Shown here in pieces: positions 61,633-64,000 of a DNA stretch of 64,000 nucleotides (its first letter is position 1; each line of letters opens with the position of its first letter). A model generated the notes under the pieces. The model saw only the letters and a program-made list of their open reading frames with translations. It ran no database searches and had not been told where the DNA came from. The translations under genes and the position numbers were made by a program. Source of the stretch: Stegostoma tigrinum (Eukaryota); assembly GCF_030684315.1 (NCBI RefSeq), contig NC_081356.1, positions 80,832,835-80,896,834 of the forward strand. Reading direction: 5' to 3'.

Positions 61633-63374
61633 GAAAGTAGGAGTTAAGTAAAACATGCATCTTCAGGCATAAAATGGATAAGCTCCTATTTTCTATGCCT
61701 CTTTGAAGGACTGAATGGCTTACTCTTGTTCCTATTATCTATGCTTCCATGATTTTGAAGGAAGAAGGGAGAGAAAGCATAGAAGTTACAGTCAAGCTAG
61801 TCTGATATTAGTTGACAAGAAAACTCCAAAATCTTCTTTACCTTCCAACAAAAGGTTTAGAAAATCATAGTCAACATGATTTATGAAATGGAAATTGTTA
61901 GACAAGAGGTTTTTTTCCTGTGACCCTAATCACACTACCTCTCCTGCCAAAGTCTTGAAATATCAGTTGGCCAGAAATCTTTTGACAATTGTTCAAGTAC
62001 TGCAACAAATTGGAGTGCATTAGTCTGCCTTATATAGGGCATGTATAGTGTGGGAAAATGTAATGTATGGCTGCAGAGCCATATGATTTCTTGCCCTGCC
62101 TCTCTGTAGTAAGTCACTCGCTCTCTTTCTCCTGTCTATCCATCAATTTATTTTGCTATTTCTATCCCTGTTAATTTCTCATTCAAACTCTCCCACCACC
62201 TTTTTATCTTTATTAGGCTCTCTCCTTTTCACAACAGTGCTTTTGATCAGACAAAAGCATTTCTGGGTATGGTTTGGTTCTTAAGCTCTTGCCATGGCAT
62301 TTAAATAAGATATAATAAGTTGTACTAAGAAAATTTGAAAAGACGTAAATCATAAAAAAGCTAGAAAATGATGCACCAGTGAATATTTTGTTTGAAGTAT
62401 GAGATGCACTTGTCTCAACTGTTTATGTCATGAGGAAGAAATATGAAGATATAAATGATATTGCATTTGGATGCATAAAACAATTTATAATATTTACCAC
62501 AATGTTTTTTTTTAAATCAGTGGTGCTTTACAATTCACATACTTGTGATTTGATATTCCAGTATAATTCCATAACCCAAAAATACCTGAAATCCAGAAAT
62601 GACAGTTTTCCAGAATAGAAAGGTTAATATAGTCTGATATTTGGATTTGCAAAAGGCAATCAATGAAATGCGACCAACAGAGGTAATGTATAAGATGAAG
62701 GATTGTGTGTTTGGGGTAATTTATTAACATTGTAGAGGGATTAGTTCATGGACAGGAAACAAACAGTGGAGCTCAACACGCATTTTCAAATTGGCAGGCT
62801 GTTTCTAATGGAATTAGTGTAAATAGCTAAAATTCTACTAAACTATTAATGGGTACAACATTGACATTGATCCAACAATGTGGAAAACTGCCCAGTTAAA
62901 CGCTGTGCACAGAAAATACAACAAATACAACCCAACCAATGACCATCTTATGAGTCAGCTCTAAATCAGCAGCAAAGTGATGAAAGGGGACATTGACAGT
63001 GCTACAAGCGGTACTTGCAAAGGAATAACCTGCTCACTTCCACCTAATTTGGGTTCCAGCAAGGTCACTGGAAGGTAATGGCCTAGTGCTATTATTCTGA
63101 GACTATTAATTCAAAAACCAAGGTCATGTTTGGGGACAAAAATTGAAACCGTGCAATGGCAGATACTGGAATTTGAATTTAAGGTAAAAAATGGAATTCG
63201 GAGTCTAATGACCACAAAGCCACAATTGATTATCATAAAAAACCACTGACCATCAACAAAATTCAAGAGTGTGATGGAAGAATTTCCACTTGCACTCACA
63301 AAATGCAACACGATTCAGGACAAAGCACCATATTATTCACCTACAACATGAACTCAATTCATGACTGACAAAGA

Positions 63375-63560
63375 GTGACAGTCCAAAGATGTTCAGGCTA
63401 GGTGGATTGGCCATGCTAAATTGCCCATAGTGCTCAGGAATATGTGGATTAAGTGGGTTGTGGGGCGATGGATCTGGGTGGGAAGCCCTGATGGTTGTTG
63501 TGGACTTGTTGAGTTGAAGGGTCTCTTCCCACACTGTAGAGATTCTATGATCTATGATCT
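63375..63560 (+). mobile_element. HE1-type SINE 3' part
   Basis: cagtccaaagatg..ggattggccatgctaaattgccc..cacactgtagagattctatg. Confidence 0.85.
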
Positions 63561-63589
63561 ATTTAACATCTACAAGATGCAAGTCAAGT

Positions 63590-63805
63590 CAAGTTGCCAT
63601 AGTCTTACCAGAACATAGTGCTGCTTTCTCATTAAAGAGAGAGATTACTGATGGTGATTTAACCTGAGGACCACCATACCTCAGGTGAAGGGAGAGATTG
63701 AGAAGGAGAGTCTTTTGTGATAACCTCAACCAGTGATAGGAATTGAACCATGCTGTTGGCATCACACTTTTGCAAACCATCCAGCCAATTAAGCTAAACC
63801 AGTGC
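63590..63805 (-). mobile_element. Short tRNA-headed SINE (family of 9982-10143)
   Basis: Reverse complement has ttagcttaattggctgg A box, GGTTCAATTCC B box and shared body ctgaggtatggtggtcctcaggttaaa. Confidence 0.75.
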
Positions 63806-64000
63806 CCCTACAAGATGCACTGCAGAAACATTCCTTTAAAAGCACCTTCCAAATCTGCAACCTCAACAAACTAATAGAACAAGGGCAGTTGTATGGGACC
63901 ACCACCATGAGCATGTTCCTCTCGAAGACACACACCATCCTACCCTGAAACTATATCCTGTTTTTTCACTGTCACTGAGTGAAAATTCTGGAAACTCCTT

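Noticed and set aside
534-63780. Most 60-170 aa ORFs of the supplied track as independent genes
   Set aside because: Intronic; many start at non-ATG codons; either low-complexity, antisense shadows of FER exons, or LINE/Penelope remnants

Overview
Eukaryotic, repeat-rich vertebrate DNA, almost certainly from a shark: the SINE, CR1 and Penelope repertoire is elasmobranch-like and a carpet/bamboo-shark lineage is plausible by inference. The window holds the 5' part of the FER non-receptor tyrosine kinase gene on the minus strand. This comprises a CpG-rich promoter and probable non-coding first exon near 60.0-60.5 kb, then eight coding exons (41354 down to 4995; 1242 nt, 414 aa, F-BAR/FX region). 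The SH2 and kinase exons lie beyond position 1. One intron uses a non-canonical GC donor. The introns are filled with decayed CR1, L2 and Rex1-like LINEs, HE1/Deu/tRNA SINEs and several Penelope-like element families. The Penelope termini carry minimal hammerhead-ribozyme motifs (CTGANGA-stem-GAAA-NGTH) and repeatedly form long inverted repeats or perfect palindromes with target-site duplications. Nearly all ORFs in the supplied track are spurious or retroelement remnants. Repeat boundaries are approximate, and family names come from motif recognition, not database searches.
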